Of a stretch of DNA of 64,000 nucleotides, positions 50,379-60,075 are shown piece after piece. The translations under genes and the position numbers were made by a program. Source of the stretch: an uncultured Verrucomicrobiae bacterium (GTDB taxonomy: Bacteria; Verrucomicrobiota; Verrucomicrobiia; Chthoniobacterales; JAFAMB01); contig CAWEXO010000008.1 of the NCBI GenBank assembly GCA_963813025.1, positions 1 through 64,000 of the forward strand. The letters are read 5' to 3'. The notes beneath the pieces were generated by a model that searched no databases, was not told the origin of the DNA, and saw only the letters and a program-made list of their open reading frames with translations. The stretch's first letter is position 1; each line of letters begins with the position of its first letter.

Positions 50379-50480
50379 AAACAACACCTTCTATTCGCGT
50401 CCCGCGAGCTAAAAGAGTGCCTGAGTCCCCGACTGGCGAGTCCCGGCTCCCGAGTCCCGAGTACCGAGTCCCGGGACCCG

Positions 50481-51467
50481 CTAGTCGCTCCGCTGCCTGG
50501 CCCGCTGCCGCAAGAGCAACCTCGATTGGAAAACAACAACGACCATGAGGAAAAGTCCCCGAATCACGGATTGCCAGTAGGCTGACAGGCTGATCCAGCC
50601 CAAGCCATTTTCAAAGTTGAGAATATTGAAAATCAAACCGAGCAATAGCACGCCGGCCAAAGTGGATGAGACCGAGCCGACTCCGCCAGTGAGGAGCGTG
50701 CCTCCGACCACGACCGAAGCAATCGCAAACAACTCCCAGCCGACACCTTCCGTCGGCTGACCCGCGCCAAACTGAGCGGCCAAAATTACGCCAGCCACCC
50801 CAGCCAGGGTTCCACTGATCACGTAGAGGGAGAATTTTATCCGGTCTACCGGCAGGCCCATCAGTCGTGCGGCTTCCTCATTGCCGCCGATGGCCAGAAC
50901 ATAGCGGCCGCTGGCTGTTCCGTTCAGACAAATTAAACCCAGCAAGTAAGCCAAACCCGCGATCCAGGCCGGAATGGGAAAGCCGAGAAAATCACCCTGC
51001 CCAAAACTCGTGAAATCCGTATCGTAAGAAACGGAAACCGACTCATTATGGGCCAACAGCAGGGCGAGGCCTTGCGCCGCCAGCATCGCCGCCAACGAAG
51101 AGATGAATGGCGCGATGTGAAGCCGGGTGATTGCCAGACCGTTCAGCATTCCAATAAAACCGCCGACCGCGATACCGCCGAGGAGCGCCGGCCACAGCCC
51201 GAACGGACTCAGCAAAGCGGAAACAACGCTGCCGAGCGCGGCCGTCGTTCCAACCGAGAGATCGATTCCGCCGCTCATAATGACAAAGCACATGCCGAGC
51301 GACACTAGCGCGAACATGGAGTTGTACCGGAGCACGGTGAGGACGTTGAATGCGCCAAGAAAATTCTGGTAACGAAGCGCACCGAAGACAATGAGCAGGA
51401 TGAGAGCCACCAGCACAGTGTTCTGGCTGATCAGACGGACCACTCTGCTCGACTCACGCGCTTTCAT
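50481..51467 (-). CDS. Monosaccharide ABC (CUT2) permease, YjfF-like
   Basis: SGGIDLSVG, AIGGNEEAARLMG, ELFAIASVVVGGT. Confidence 0.9.
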   Translation of the reverse strand: MKARESSRVVRLISQNTVLVALILLIVFGALRYQNFLGAFNVLTVLRYNSMFALVSLGMCFVIMSGGIDLSVGTTAALGSVVSALLSPFGLWPALLGGIAVGGFIGMLNGLAITRLHIAPFISSLAAMLAAQGLALLLAHNESVSVSYDTDFTSFGQGDFLGFPIPAWIAGLAYLLGLICLNGTASGRYVLAIGGNEEAARLMGLPVDRIKFSLYVISGTLAGVAGVILAAQFGAGQPTEGVGWELFAIASVVVGGTLLTGGVGSVSSTLAGVLLLGLIFNILNFENGLGWISLSAYWQSVIRGLFLMVVVVFQSRLLLRQRARQRSD

Positions 51468-51503
51468 TCTCTCCAGATTTTCGACCTGCCAAAAAACGGT
51501 GTC

Positions 51504-54152
51504 TTATTTCGGTTTCGTCCTCTGTTGAATCCAAACCGAAGCGACGATTATACCGCCCTTTACGACCAGGGCAGCGGCGTCGGGAACGCCATTGGCCAGC
51601 AAGGTGTAGCGTACCAGCTGAATAATCAGCGCGCCCAATAAAGTGCCGATCACCGAGGCGTAGCCGCCGCTGAGCCGGGTTCCTCCCACCGCGACTGCCG
51701 CGATCGCATCCAACTCCATTCCCAACCCAACCAGATTTGCGTCAGAAGAGGAGTTGATTGCGATAACAATGAGGCCGGCAATTCCGGCGCAAAACCCGCT
51801 TCCGAGGTAAACCAGGCGCTTGACCGTCACGACTGGCACACCGGAGAGGCGGGCGGCTTCCTCGTTTCCGCCAATCGCCAGCACCTGCCGCCCAAAGACC
51901 GTCCGCTTCAGGAGCCAGGCGGCCCCGGCGACCAAAACTACCATCACAACCGCTTGCACCGGAAACCCGAACACGCGGCCGAGCCCGATCCACTGAAACG
52001 AGGGCATGGTGAACACCTGAAGATTTCCATTCGTCAGCACTTGAGCGATCCCTCTTCCGGCAATGAAAAGCACCAACGTGGCAACGATCGGCTGAATGCG
52101 AAAACGAGTAATCAACCAGCCATTGAACCAGCCCAGTAGACTCGCGACGCCGACCGGTACGACAAAAGCCAGCGGAATGCTTAGCGCCAGCGGCAAGCTG
52201 AACCATTTCCCGAGAAAAATGATCGGAGCAAGGGCGCCGGAGATCGCCATCAAGGATCCCACTGAAAGATCGATACCGGCGGTAGCGATGACAAGCGTCA
52301 TGCCCACTCCAACGATTACGATATTGCACACCTGGGTCAGGTTGACGTTGAGCGTCTGCCAGCTTAGAAAGTGGGGCGTGAACACGAGGTTGAACAAGAC
52401 CAGGAGCAGCAACGCTAATGCCGTCCCGTTTCGCCGTACCCAGGAATAGCGCCGGCGGGATGGTTTTACCGGCGGATGAATCGGTGCAACTGGCCTTACC
52501 GGCACCGCGACGTCGGCCGGCGGCTTGGCCGCAACCGGCGCAGCGCCATTCGCGCGAGTGAGCAGCGCCTGTCCGTTGTGTTCCGGGGCGACACCTTCCA
52601 TTCGGCGATCGCCCTGATGGATCGCCGCCGTCCCGTCGGCCATCGCCAGCATGATCGCTTCCTCAGAAATGTGCGGGCGCTCCAGTGCAGCTACCGTACG
52701 CCCTTCCCGGAGCACAAAAACGCGGTCAGAACCCTCGACGATTTCTTCAATCTCCGAAGAGATCATCAAAACAGCCAGCCCTTCCCCAGCCAAGCGAGAG
52801 ATCAATTGTTGAATCTCCCTTTTGGCGCCGACGTCGATTCCGCGTGTGGGCTCATCGAGCAGCAACAAACGAGGACCTAAACAGAGCCACCGAGCCAGCA
52901 GAACTTTTTGTTGGTTTCCGCCCGACAGCTCGCGGATCGGCTGGTCCGGACTCGAACACTTGATGTCCAGCCGGCGAATGAAATCCTCCACCACCGTCCG
53001 TTGCTTCGCGGGATCCACTACCCCGGCCCGGGCCAGTTGTGGAAGAAGAGCCAGAGTGACGTTCTCCCGGACTGACATATCCGGAATGATTCCGTCCATC
53101 TTGCGATCCTCAGTACAAAAGCCAATACGGGCTTTGATCGCCACGGCCGGAGAATCAGGGCGGTACGAAGTAGAATCGTAGAACATCTCTCCGGCGTCTG
53201 CAGGGTCAGCTCCGAAAACCGCGCGCGCCACTTCCGTTCGCCCGGAGCCAAGGAGGCCGGAGAGGCCAACGATCTCGCCTTGGGCGAGCTGAAGGCTGGC
53301 GTCGACCACCTTACGGCCAGCCGCGAGATGGCTGACTGCCAACAACGGTTTTCTCCGATCTGTCAGCCCAGCCTTCTTCGCGGTGCCGAACGCCGTCTGT
53401 TCACCTTCGGCAACATCCAACGCTCGACCGATCATGGTTGTAACCAGGTCAAGCCGGCTTACATCACTAATCCGCCCGGTCAGCACTGTCCGGCCGTCCC
53501 GCATTACGGTTACGGCATCGCAAACGGCATAGAGTTCTTCCAGCTTATGGCTGACAAAGACCACCGACACGCCCGTGCTCTTGAGTTGGCGAATCACCTC
53601 AAAGAGGATCGTAACCTCCTGATCATCGAGCGAAGAGGTTGGCTCATCCATGATGACCAGCCTGGCCTGGAAACTGACCGCTCGAGCAATCGCGACCATT
53701 TGTTGAATGGCTGTTGTATAAGTCGAGAGTGGTTGTCGCACATCGATCTTGATCCGGAAGCGTTCGAGAAGCTCGCCGGCTTCGCGGTGCATCCGGTTCC
53801 AGTCCAGAAAGCCGGACCGGCGGAGCTCGCGCCCAAGAAAGATGTTCTCGGTCACCGATCGATAGGCAACGAGATTGATCTCTTGATAGATTGTACTGAT
53901 CCCGCCGGCCTGCGCCGCTTGGGGTGAATCGACCCGAAAAGATTTGCCGCCAAACCAGATCTCGCCCGCGTCCCGGCTATAGTAGCCGGTCAGGATCTTG
54001 ATCATGGTTGATTTACCCGCCCCGTTTTGCCCGATCAAGGCATGGACCTCTCGGGACGCCACTTCCAGGGAAGCGCCTGACAAAGCGGGCACGCCGTCAA
54101 ACCGCTTTTCGATACCTTGCATCGAAAGAAGCGGTTGGACCTCAGTACTCAC
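51504..54152 (-). CDS. CUT2 ABC ATPase (YtfR-like) fused in frame to a permease (YtfT-like)
   Basis: GQNGAGKST, DEPTSSL, LSGGNQQK, then AGIDLSVG, ELDAIAAVAVGG; 882 aa. Confidence 0.88.
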   Translation of the reverse strand: MSTEVQPLLSMQGIEKRFDGVPALSGASLEVASREVHALIGQNGAGKSTMIKILTGYYSRDAGEIWFGGKSFRVDSPQAAQAGGISTIYQEINLVAYRSVTENIFLGRELRRSGFLDWNRMHREAGELLERFRIKIDVRQPLSTYTTAIQQMVAIARAVSFQARLVIMDEPTSSLDDQEVTILFEVIRQLKSTGVSVVFVSHKLEELYAVCDAVTVMRDGRTVLTGRISDVSRLDLVTTMIGRALDVAEGEQTAFGTAKKAGLTDRRKPLLAVSHLAAGRKVVDASLQLAQGEIVGLSGLLGSGRTEVARAVFGADPADAGEMFYDSTSYRPDSPAVAIKARIGFCTEDRKMDGIIPDMSVRENVTLALLPQLARAGVVDPAKQRTVVEDFIRRLDIKCSSPDQPIRELSGGNQQKVLLARWLCLGPRLLLLDEPTRGIDVGAKREIQQLISRLAGEGLAVLMISSEIEEIVEGSDRVFVLREGRTVAALERPHISEEAIMLAMADGTAAIHQGDRRMEGVAPEHNGQALLTRANGAAPVAAKPPADVAVPVRPVAPIHPPVKPSRRRYSWVRRNGTALALLLLVLFNLVFTPHFLSWQTLNVNLTQVCNIVIVGVGMTLVIATAGIDLSVGSLMAISGALAPIIFLGKWFSLPLALSIPLAFVVPVGVASLLGWFNGWLITRFRIQPIVATLVLFIAGRGIAQVLTNGNLQVFTMPSFQWIGLGRVFGFPVQAVVMVVLVAGAAWLLKRTVFGRQVLAIGGNEEAARLSGVPVVTVKRLVYLGSGFCAGIAGLIVIAINSSSDANLVGLGMELDAIAAVAVGGTRLSGGYASVIGTLLGALIIQLVRYTLLANGVPDAAALVVKGGIIVASVWIQQRTKPK

Positions 54153-54281
54153 AAGAAAAGTGCCAGTTCTAGTGCCAGTTGGAACCTTTCGGACCTACAC
54201 GAGCTTTGGAGTCTACCGGTCCTATAAGCAAACAGAGGCCCGGGTCTTGGGACCAGGGCCTCGGAATTCGCAACTCGTCAC

Positions 54282-55253
54282 TCAATAGGCTGAAGCGATG
54301 TTCTCTTTCGCGTTCGATGCATCAAAGAGGTGGTCGTCACTCTTGATCCATATCGGCACCTTCTCGCCCTTGGCATAGGCAACGAGAGCGTCGAAGGCTT
54401 TAGGCCCAAGACGCGGATTGCACTCGACCGAAACGCCGAGCTTGCCATCAGCAATCGCCTGCACACCCGCCTTTTCGCCATCGATGCTCACCACAGTGAC
54501 ATCCTGACCGGGCTTCTTGCCGGCCGCTTCCAGCGCGGCAATCGCACCTAACGCCATTTCGTCGTTGTGGGCGTAGACGGCGGTCGCGTCCGGGTGTGCC
54601 TGCAGGAGTGTCTCGGCCACTTGGCGTCCCTTGTCGCGGGCAAAATCACCGCTCTGTGAAGCGACAACCTTCATGCCAGGATATTTCGTGATCTCAGTGT
54701 CAAAACCTTTTTTTCGATCGTTGGCCGGGGACGAACCGGTAGTGCCTTCCAGTTCGATGATCGTCGCTTTCCCATCCGTCTTCTTGGCCAGCCAGTCGGC
54801 CGCACGCTTGCCTTCCTCGATGAAATCCGACCCGATAAAGGTCAGATAATCGCGTCCAGGTTTCGCCACCGGGTCTACTCGACGGTCGAGCAGGATGACC
54901 GGGATACCTGCCTTCTTAGCGGCCATCACGGCCGGTACCAACGGTTTCTCCTCGCGCGGCGCCAGCAGGATTGCATCTACGTGTTGCGCGATCATGCTGT
55001 TGACATCCGAAACCTGCTTCGCGGCCGAACCGGCCGCATCGGTGTAAACCAGCTGCCAGCCGCGTTTGGCGGCCTCTGATTTGACACTCTCGGTCTCGGC
55101 GAGCCGCCACGGATTATTCGATTCGGTCTGCGAAAAACCTATCTTGTAGGTGGCTTTCTCTTTAAGCTTGGGCAGTTGATCAGCCGCGCCAGCCAGGTTA
55201 GCGGTGAAGCCTGCGAGATAGGCCAGGAGGGTTAGTTTGCAGGGTCTATTCAT
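54282..55253 (-). CDS. Monosaccharide ABC substrate-binding protein (YtfQ-like)
   Basis: IGFSQTESNNPWRLAET, IGSDFIEEG, AHNDEMALGAI, ECNPRLGP. Confidence 0.9.
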   Translation of the reverse strand: MNRPCKLTLLAYLAGFTANLAGAADQLPKLKEKATYKIGFSQTESNNPWRLAETESVKSEAAKRGWQLVYTDAAGSAAKQVSDVNSMIAQHVDAILLAPREEKPLVPAVMAAKKAGIPVILLDRRVDPVAKPGRDYLTFIGSDFIEEGKRAADWLAKKTDGKATIIELEGTTGSSPANDRKKGFDTEITKYPGMKVVASQSGDFARDKGRQVAETLLQAHPDATAVYAHNDEMALGAIAALEAAGKKPGQDVTVVSIDGEKAGVQAIADGKLGVSVECNPRLGPKAFDALVAYAKGEKVPIWIKSDDHLFDASNAKENIASAY

Positions 55254-55408
55254 ATTAGAGGGGGTTTTATCAAGGCCGGACAGGGCAACCTGCCCCACAA
55301 TTCCGGTCGCTAATCTTATCTAATGCTGGTCGTTCTGTAAATGTCCGGGGAGAGCTCATCGTCTTGCCGCGCTGGCGCGCATCTCGACCGCTGCGTTGCC
55401 CGCGGTCC

Positions 55409-55420
55409 GTGAACGTTCAC
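55409..55420. promoter_or_regulatory. Probable LacI operator
   Basis: Perfect palindrome GTGAACGTTCAC between the divergent binding-protein and LacI genes. Confidence 0.7.
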
Positions 55421-55513
55421 AGAACGAACAGTCTTTAAGCTTTCCTTTCCGCCATGTCAAAGACATCCTTTTTATGCCAGGACTCCAGCGGGGCCCTAAC
55501 TTTCACGATCACT

Positions 55514-56602
55514 ATGGCAAAGTTCTCTAACCGGCGAAACAGGAATGCCACGCTGCACGATGTCGCCGCCCTTTCCGGTGTGTCCTACCAGACCGTTTCC
55601 CGGGTCGTAAACAGTTTACCCGACGTGGCCAAACCAACTCGGGAACGCGTACTCCGGGCAATGGTCGATCTGGGTTACCGGCCAAACCTGAACGCCCGGC
55701 AACTGGTCCGGCAGCGGTCCACCGTGATCGGAGTAGTCACCTTTGCTACCGGGCTCACCGGACCTACTCAGATTTTGATAAATATCGAGCAGGTCGCGCG
55801 GAACCTTGATTTCAGTGTGATGTTCTGCGGCATTCTGGAAGAAAGCGACGAGGAGATCACACGGGCGGTTGATAAACTCTGTTCGTACCAGGTCGTCGGC
55901 ATTCTGATTCATCTTCCCTTGGAAGTTAACTTGAACCATCTGCGGGATCTTTGCCGCAACGTGCCGATCGTCGCAGTTGATTCCGATTTCGGCTTCGCCG
56001 CCCCGTCCGCCTTTGTCCACCAGCAGCTTGGCAGCCAGCGTGCCACTCGCCACCTGCTTGAGTTGGGCCATCGTCGAATGTCCTATATCCGCGCGCCGCT
56101 GATCTGGCGAGCCGCTCACTTGCGCTTTCAAGGCTGGCAGAAAGAATTAAAGAAGCATCGACTCTCGCCCGGTCCGATCGGGGACGGCGACTGGTCGGCC
56201 GCCTCCGGCTTCGATGCCGCCAACCGCCTGCTGATCGACTCTTGGGGCAAGTTTACCTGTGTGGTCGCAGCGAATGACCAAATGGCGCTGGGCGCGATCC
56301 GAGCATTCGAGGAAAAAGGGGTACAAATTCCGGCCGACATCTCTGTCGTCGGTTTTGACGATTTGGCCGAGGCCGCTTATCTCCGACCTCCGTTGACAAC
56401 GGTCCGGCAGGATTTCCGCCGCCTCGCGGTCCTGAGCGTTGACCAACTGATAGCCCAGTTAAACGGAGGCCCGTTTTCGGAGAAAGCGCCAGTAATCCGA
56501 CCCGAACTCATCATCCGCCAAACAACCAGGGCGCCCCGCCGAACGGCTCGAGGACCGGGATCGAACGGGCGCCTCGCCGGCCTGACTGATGACCGATGCT
56601 GA
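55514..56602 (+). CDS. LacI-family regulator
   Basis: TLHDVAALSGVSYQTVSRV, NDQMALG, SVVGFDD, PPLTTVRQD. Confidence 0.92.
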   Translation: MAKFSNRRNRNATLHDVAALSGVSYQTVSRVVNSLPDVAKPTRERVLRAMVDLGYRPNLNARQLVRQRSTVIGVVTFATGLTGPTQILINIEQVARNLDFSVMFCGILEESDEEITRAVDKLCSYQVVGILIHLPLEVNLNHLRDLCRNVPIVAVDSDFGFAAPSAFVHQQLGSQRATRHLLELGHRRMSYIRAPLIWRAAHLRFQGWQKELKKHRLSPGPIGDGDWSAASGFDAANRLLIDSWGKFTCVVAANDQMALGAIRAFEEKGVQIPADISVVGFDDLAEAAYLRPPLTTVRQDFRRLAVLSVDQLIAQLNGGPFSEKAPVIRPELIIRQTTRAPRRTARGPGSNGRLAGLTDDRC

Positions 56603-56670
56603 TGACCGATGACCGATGACTGACTGCATGGGCGCGAGGCGTGGTCAGCACATCGGCCACTCGTATCGAT

Positions 56671-57170
56671 TCACGTTCTTGCTTGAGCTGAAGAAGCCGC
56701 CAGCGTAGCAACCCTGCCCTTCTTCGTGTCGATCGCGAGATAATTGGCTAATGTGTCCCGTTTCAGAAGTTTCCATTCCACGGGAAATGCTCTCTTAGCG
56801 AGTTCGACTTCCTCGACGCCGGATTCAGAGCAGATCTGCAGCTTGGCAAGGGCTTTGTACATTCTGGCTCGACCAATCAGGCGACAATCTCCCGATGACC
56901 GACCATCCCGATCCAGAACCAGATAGGAATAAGGCAGACTGCGCAGATCAATCCCTAGCTCCAGCGCAAACCGGCTCCAATGCGCGCTCCGGTATGCTTC
57001 CTGCGGTGAGAAGAAGAAGTCTCGCAAACCGGGAAATCGCTCGGCTACTTGTCGCGCGGCGATGCCGCTTCCACAACCCAAATCCAACGCCACACCCAAT
57101 AGGAATGTTCCGGGGCGGAGCCGCTCAAGAACAGGTCACGAAGCTCGCGAAGAATGCCCCAGTCAGTTTG
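56671..57170 (-). pseudogene. SAM-dependent methyltransferase remnant (Rsm22-like), with internal deletions
   Basis: DWGILRELRDLFL..Y/W, LDLGCGSGIAAR, LGIDLRSLPYSYLVLDR, IGRARMYK; much shorter than expected. Confidence 0.6.
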
Positions 57171-57411
57171 CGACCAACATCGGCTGGTGGTAGTGTCAGT
57201 GTCAGTGTCAGTGTCAGTGTTAGTGCCAGCGCCAGTTGTCATCGCTCATCGGTCATCGGTCATCGCTCGTCGGTCATCGCTCATTGGTCATTGGTCATTT
57301 GCCATCGTCATCAGTCATCAGTTAGCGGCCATAGCAAATCGGCCATTTGTTGTTTAATACCAATTCCGCGGTTCTCCCAAGGTTAGTTTGTGGAACGCAC
57401 CATCCTGTAAA

Positions 57412-57690
57412 CTAGTGCACCGTCTCTCATATACTGGTGCCATCGTTGCGTTCAAAATGGGCCGCCGGCAAGGCGCGACGCGGGCGCATATCTGAATGGA
57501 TACGCAACCGAGGAGCAACGCAGCCGCCGGCCCATTTTCAACGCAACCCTTTGGGCCGCGGCCAGTTGGCTGTTTTTCGGCGTTGCTCGCTCGACCCGTA
57601 TGAATTCAGATATGGGCGCTTCGCTCGCGCCTTGAAAAACAGCCAACTGACCTCCGGCGATGGCCCATTATATGAGAGACGGTGCGCTAG
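57412..57690. mobile_element. MITE-like element with 22-bp terminal inverted repeats
   Basis: ctagtgcaccgtctctcatata / tatatgagagacggtgcgctag (1 mismatch); two long internal hairpins; CTAG at both ends. Confidence 0.85.
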
Positions 57691-57770
57691 CTTTGAGCGT
57701 ACCCGAAACTCCCCGGCCGGTGTCAGTGCCAGCGTCAGTGTCAGTGCTAGTTATAACGGTCAACCGCCAA

Positions 57771-58949
57771 TCAGTAAATTTCTACCGTCATGCCGTCTGC
57801 GACTTGATGAATCACCCGGGCCGCATCCCAGTTTGCCAAGCGGATGCAGCCGTGACTGCCCGATCGTCCGATGGTGTCTGGACTGTTCGTGCCGTGAATC
57901 CCTATCCCCGGCTTATTCAAGCCGATCCAGGCGATCCCAACCGGGTTCCGCGGGCCAGGCGGAAGATTGTAATACTCTTCGCTCCGATAACCGTGATTGA
58001 GCATGGCCTCATCCCAGCGGAACCAAGGCATCGTCGCCACGCCTACGATCTTCCAGGTCCCGATGGGCGCCGGAAGCTTTTTTGATCCGGGTGTGATCGG
58101 ATACGATGAGATCAGCTGTTTGCCGTCGAAGATATCGAGCATGTGATACTTCGTATCGATCCGGACCAGGCGCGGACCCTGGATCGGCTTAACGCCCACG
58201 TCAGCGACTTCCTTGACGTCCTCAATCCTGAACGCGGGCACATTGGGAACCCGAACCGTAGCTCCGGGTTTCAACTTCTCCAGGTTCATTCCGCGATTCA
58301 GTTTCACCAGAAAATCTGGCGACGAATGAAAACGTTCCCCCAGAAACTCGCCGACCGACCGGTACGCCATGATTTTCTTTTTCGCTTGTTCCTTGGGCTT
58401 CCAGGGCAACGTAGGATCGACCCTGGCCAGATCGTCGGCGGTCACAGTGTAACTCGAGTAGATCGGAAAAATATGTTCCAGCTCTTTCTGCATCGCGGCA
58501 TCGATCACCCCGGTGGGTTGTTCGCCATTCGCCATCTGATACCGCAGCAGCGCTTTTGCCGTGAACTCGCCCCAACCGCCGTCGATTTTCCCGGGACCGA
58601 AATTCTTCTGATCCAGAAAAATCTGGAGCCGGGTAATAATCTCCTGAGCTGACACCGGCATGGCGCGGACGACTCCACCTTCAGCGGGCGCCAGCGGCGC
58701 TGCCTGCTCGATTACGGGCGTGGCCGTGACCGGTTTATCTTCGGGTGTCGGCGCGCCATTGCCTGTTTTTTCTAGCCCATTCGGAGACGGCGCTTTTTGG
58801 CTCTCAGTTTCCGCTCCCGATTGATCAACCACGAACGGCGTGGTCCGCGGCCCGGCCGCCGGCGAAGGCCGAGACGTCGGAGTCGGCGTTTGAGCGAGAC
58901 AAAGTGATGGACCCCAAAGCGCTGCAATCAACAACTTGCGTAGTGGCAT
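57771..58949 (-). CDS. L,D-transpeptidase (YkuD/ErfK) with peptidoglycan-binding domain
   Basis: LQIFLD..PGKIDG..FT; PPGPRNPVG; GIHGT..IGRSGSHGCIRL. Confidence 0.92.
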   Translation of the reverse strand: MPLRKLLIAALWGPSLCLAQTPTPTSRPSPAAGPRTTPFVVDQSGAETESQKAPSPNGLEKTGNGAPTPEDKPVTATPVIEQAAPLAPAEGGVVRAMPVSAQEIITRLQIFLDQKNFGPGKIDGGWGEFTAKALLRYQMANGEQPTGVIDAAMQKELEHIFPIYSSYTVTADDLARVDPTLPWKPKEQAKKKIMAYRSVGEFLGERFHSSPDFLVKLNRGMNLEKLKPGATVRVPNVPAFRIEDVKEVADVGVKPIQGPRLVRIDTKYHMLDIFDGKQLISSYPITPGSKKLPAPIGTWKIVGVATMPWFRWDEAMLNHGYRSEEYYNLPPGPRNPVGIAWIGLNKPGIGIHGTNSPDTIGRSGSHGCIRLANWDAARVIHQVADGMTVEIY

Positions 58950-59081
58950 ATTTTATAAATCCCTGCGAATGGGCGGGACTATAGCAACGAAGCTTCAAAG
59001 AGTTCAAGCAGTTCAAGGAGTTCCTGCTCGTGCTCCTGCTCGTCCTCGTCCTCCCAGTGCCAGTGCCAATTGCGCGCACGC

Positions 59082-59143
59082 GTAGCGTCCGGCCACGGCC
59101 GATCCACAATCTGGGAGGTGACGCACGAGGCCGTGCGTCCTAC
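59082..59143 (+). repeat. GTAG...CTAC REP doublet (family also at 61484-61541 and 62369-62431)
   Basis: gtagcgtccggccacggccg...gacgcacgaggccgtgcgtcctac; near reverse complement of the 62369 copy. Confidence 0.85.
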
Positions 59144-59163
59144 TCGGAGGATCGTGACCGGGG

Positions 59164-59530
59164 ATGATTTACTTTGATGCGAGCTACCTCGCCAAATGCT
59201 ATCTCAATGAGGCCGGGAGCGTAGCCGTGCGCCGGCTCGCCGCAATAGACCCGCTCCTCTCGGATGGAGGCGATCAGGGTCGTATTCGAAAACTACGATG
59301 ACCGGAATTTTGGCTACTTACGGCTTTTAGTTGATCCCAAACAACTGCGAATCGAGTATCACCCGGCGTCCGATGGCGAAGCGGCCAAAACTCCGGATGA
59401 TTCAGTAACCGTCGATTTGGCAACTCGGACTATCGTGCGCTATCAACTCCCGGATCAGCAGCAAGCGTCCGCTAGTGCGGCAGCGCGTCCTCGATCGGCC
59501 CAGCGCCACCGGCCGCGCAAAGGCGCTTGA
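59164..59530 (+). pseudogene. Chimeric remnant: PIN/VapC N-terminus followed by an unrelated (metallophosphoesterase-like) C-terminus
   Basis: MIYFDASYLAKCYLNEAGSVAVRRLA, then in another frame VFENYDDRNFGYLRLLVD..IEYH..PDDSVTVDL. Confidence 0.6.
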
Positions 59531-59580
59531 GCAACACAGACTGGAAGGGGTCCGTCGGACTTTGGCTTTCTTTGGGCTAG

Positions 59581-59660
59581 AAGCGGCTCGGAAATGTCCT
59601 CGCCCTACCGGACGGGAAATACCTGCAATGCTAGGACGAGGACATTTCCGAGCCGGTTGT
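59581..59660. repeat. REP hairpin carrying an empty IS110 target
   Basis: cggctcggaaatgtcctcg...cgaggacatttccgagccg inverted repeat; includes cctcgccCTaccggac. Confidence 0.85.
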
Positions 59661-59747
59661 GACCGTTGGCATTCGCGGCTAGAACGCACGACCTCGTGCA
59701 TCAGAGCTTCTCTGCTATTTGCTATTTGCTATTTGTAATCACGGCCG

Positions 59748-59963
59748 CTAGGCCGTGTGACCGTGCTCTTCGGCGTGATGCTTGGCGGCTTCTTCCGCGT
59801 GATGCGTGGCATGCAGGTGATGACCATGCGCGACATGAGCATGGTGCCCGGCCTTTTCATGGCTGCCGCTGGCGTGATGTTTCGCCGCTTCTTTATGATG
59901 GCGGGCCGCATGTTCATGGTGCTCCGCCGCTTTCGTGTGATGCTCTGCGCTTTGTTGGCTCAT
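59748..59963 (-). CDS. Small histidine-rich protein
   Basis: 71 aa, 23 His in periodic HH/AAxHH repeats. Confidence 0.8.
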   Translation of the reverse strand: MSQQSAEHHTKAAEHHEHAARHHKEAAKHHASGSHEKAGHHAHVAHGHHLHATHHAEEAAKHHAEEHGHTA

Positions 59964-60075
59964 AGGATTTTTGAAGGGTTGAGGTCCAAACAGCTGCTGT
60001 TCAATCCGTTGAAACGGATTGGGGAGACGGTACGTCCGCTGTCCGATCGGTCAATCAGTGTTAATTACTTTGCGC

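Noticed and set aside
57437..58000. 187-aa ORF
   Set aside because: Spans the MITE and the antisense strand of the L,D-transpeptidase; no protein motif.
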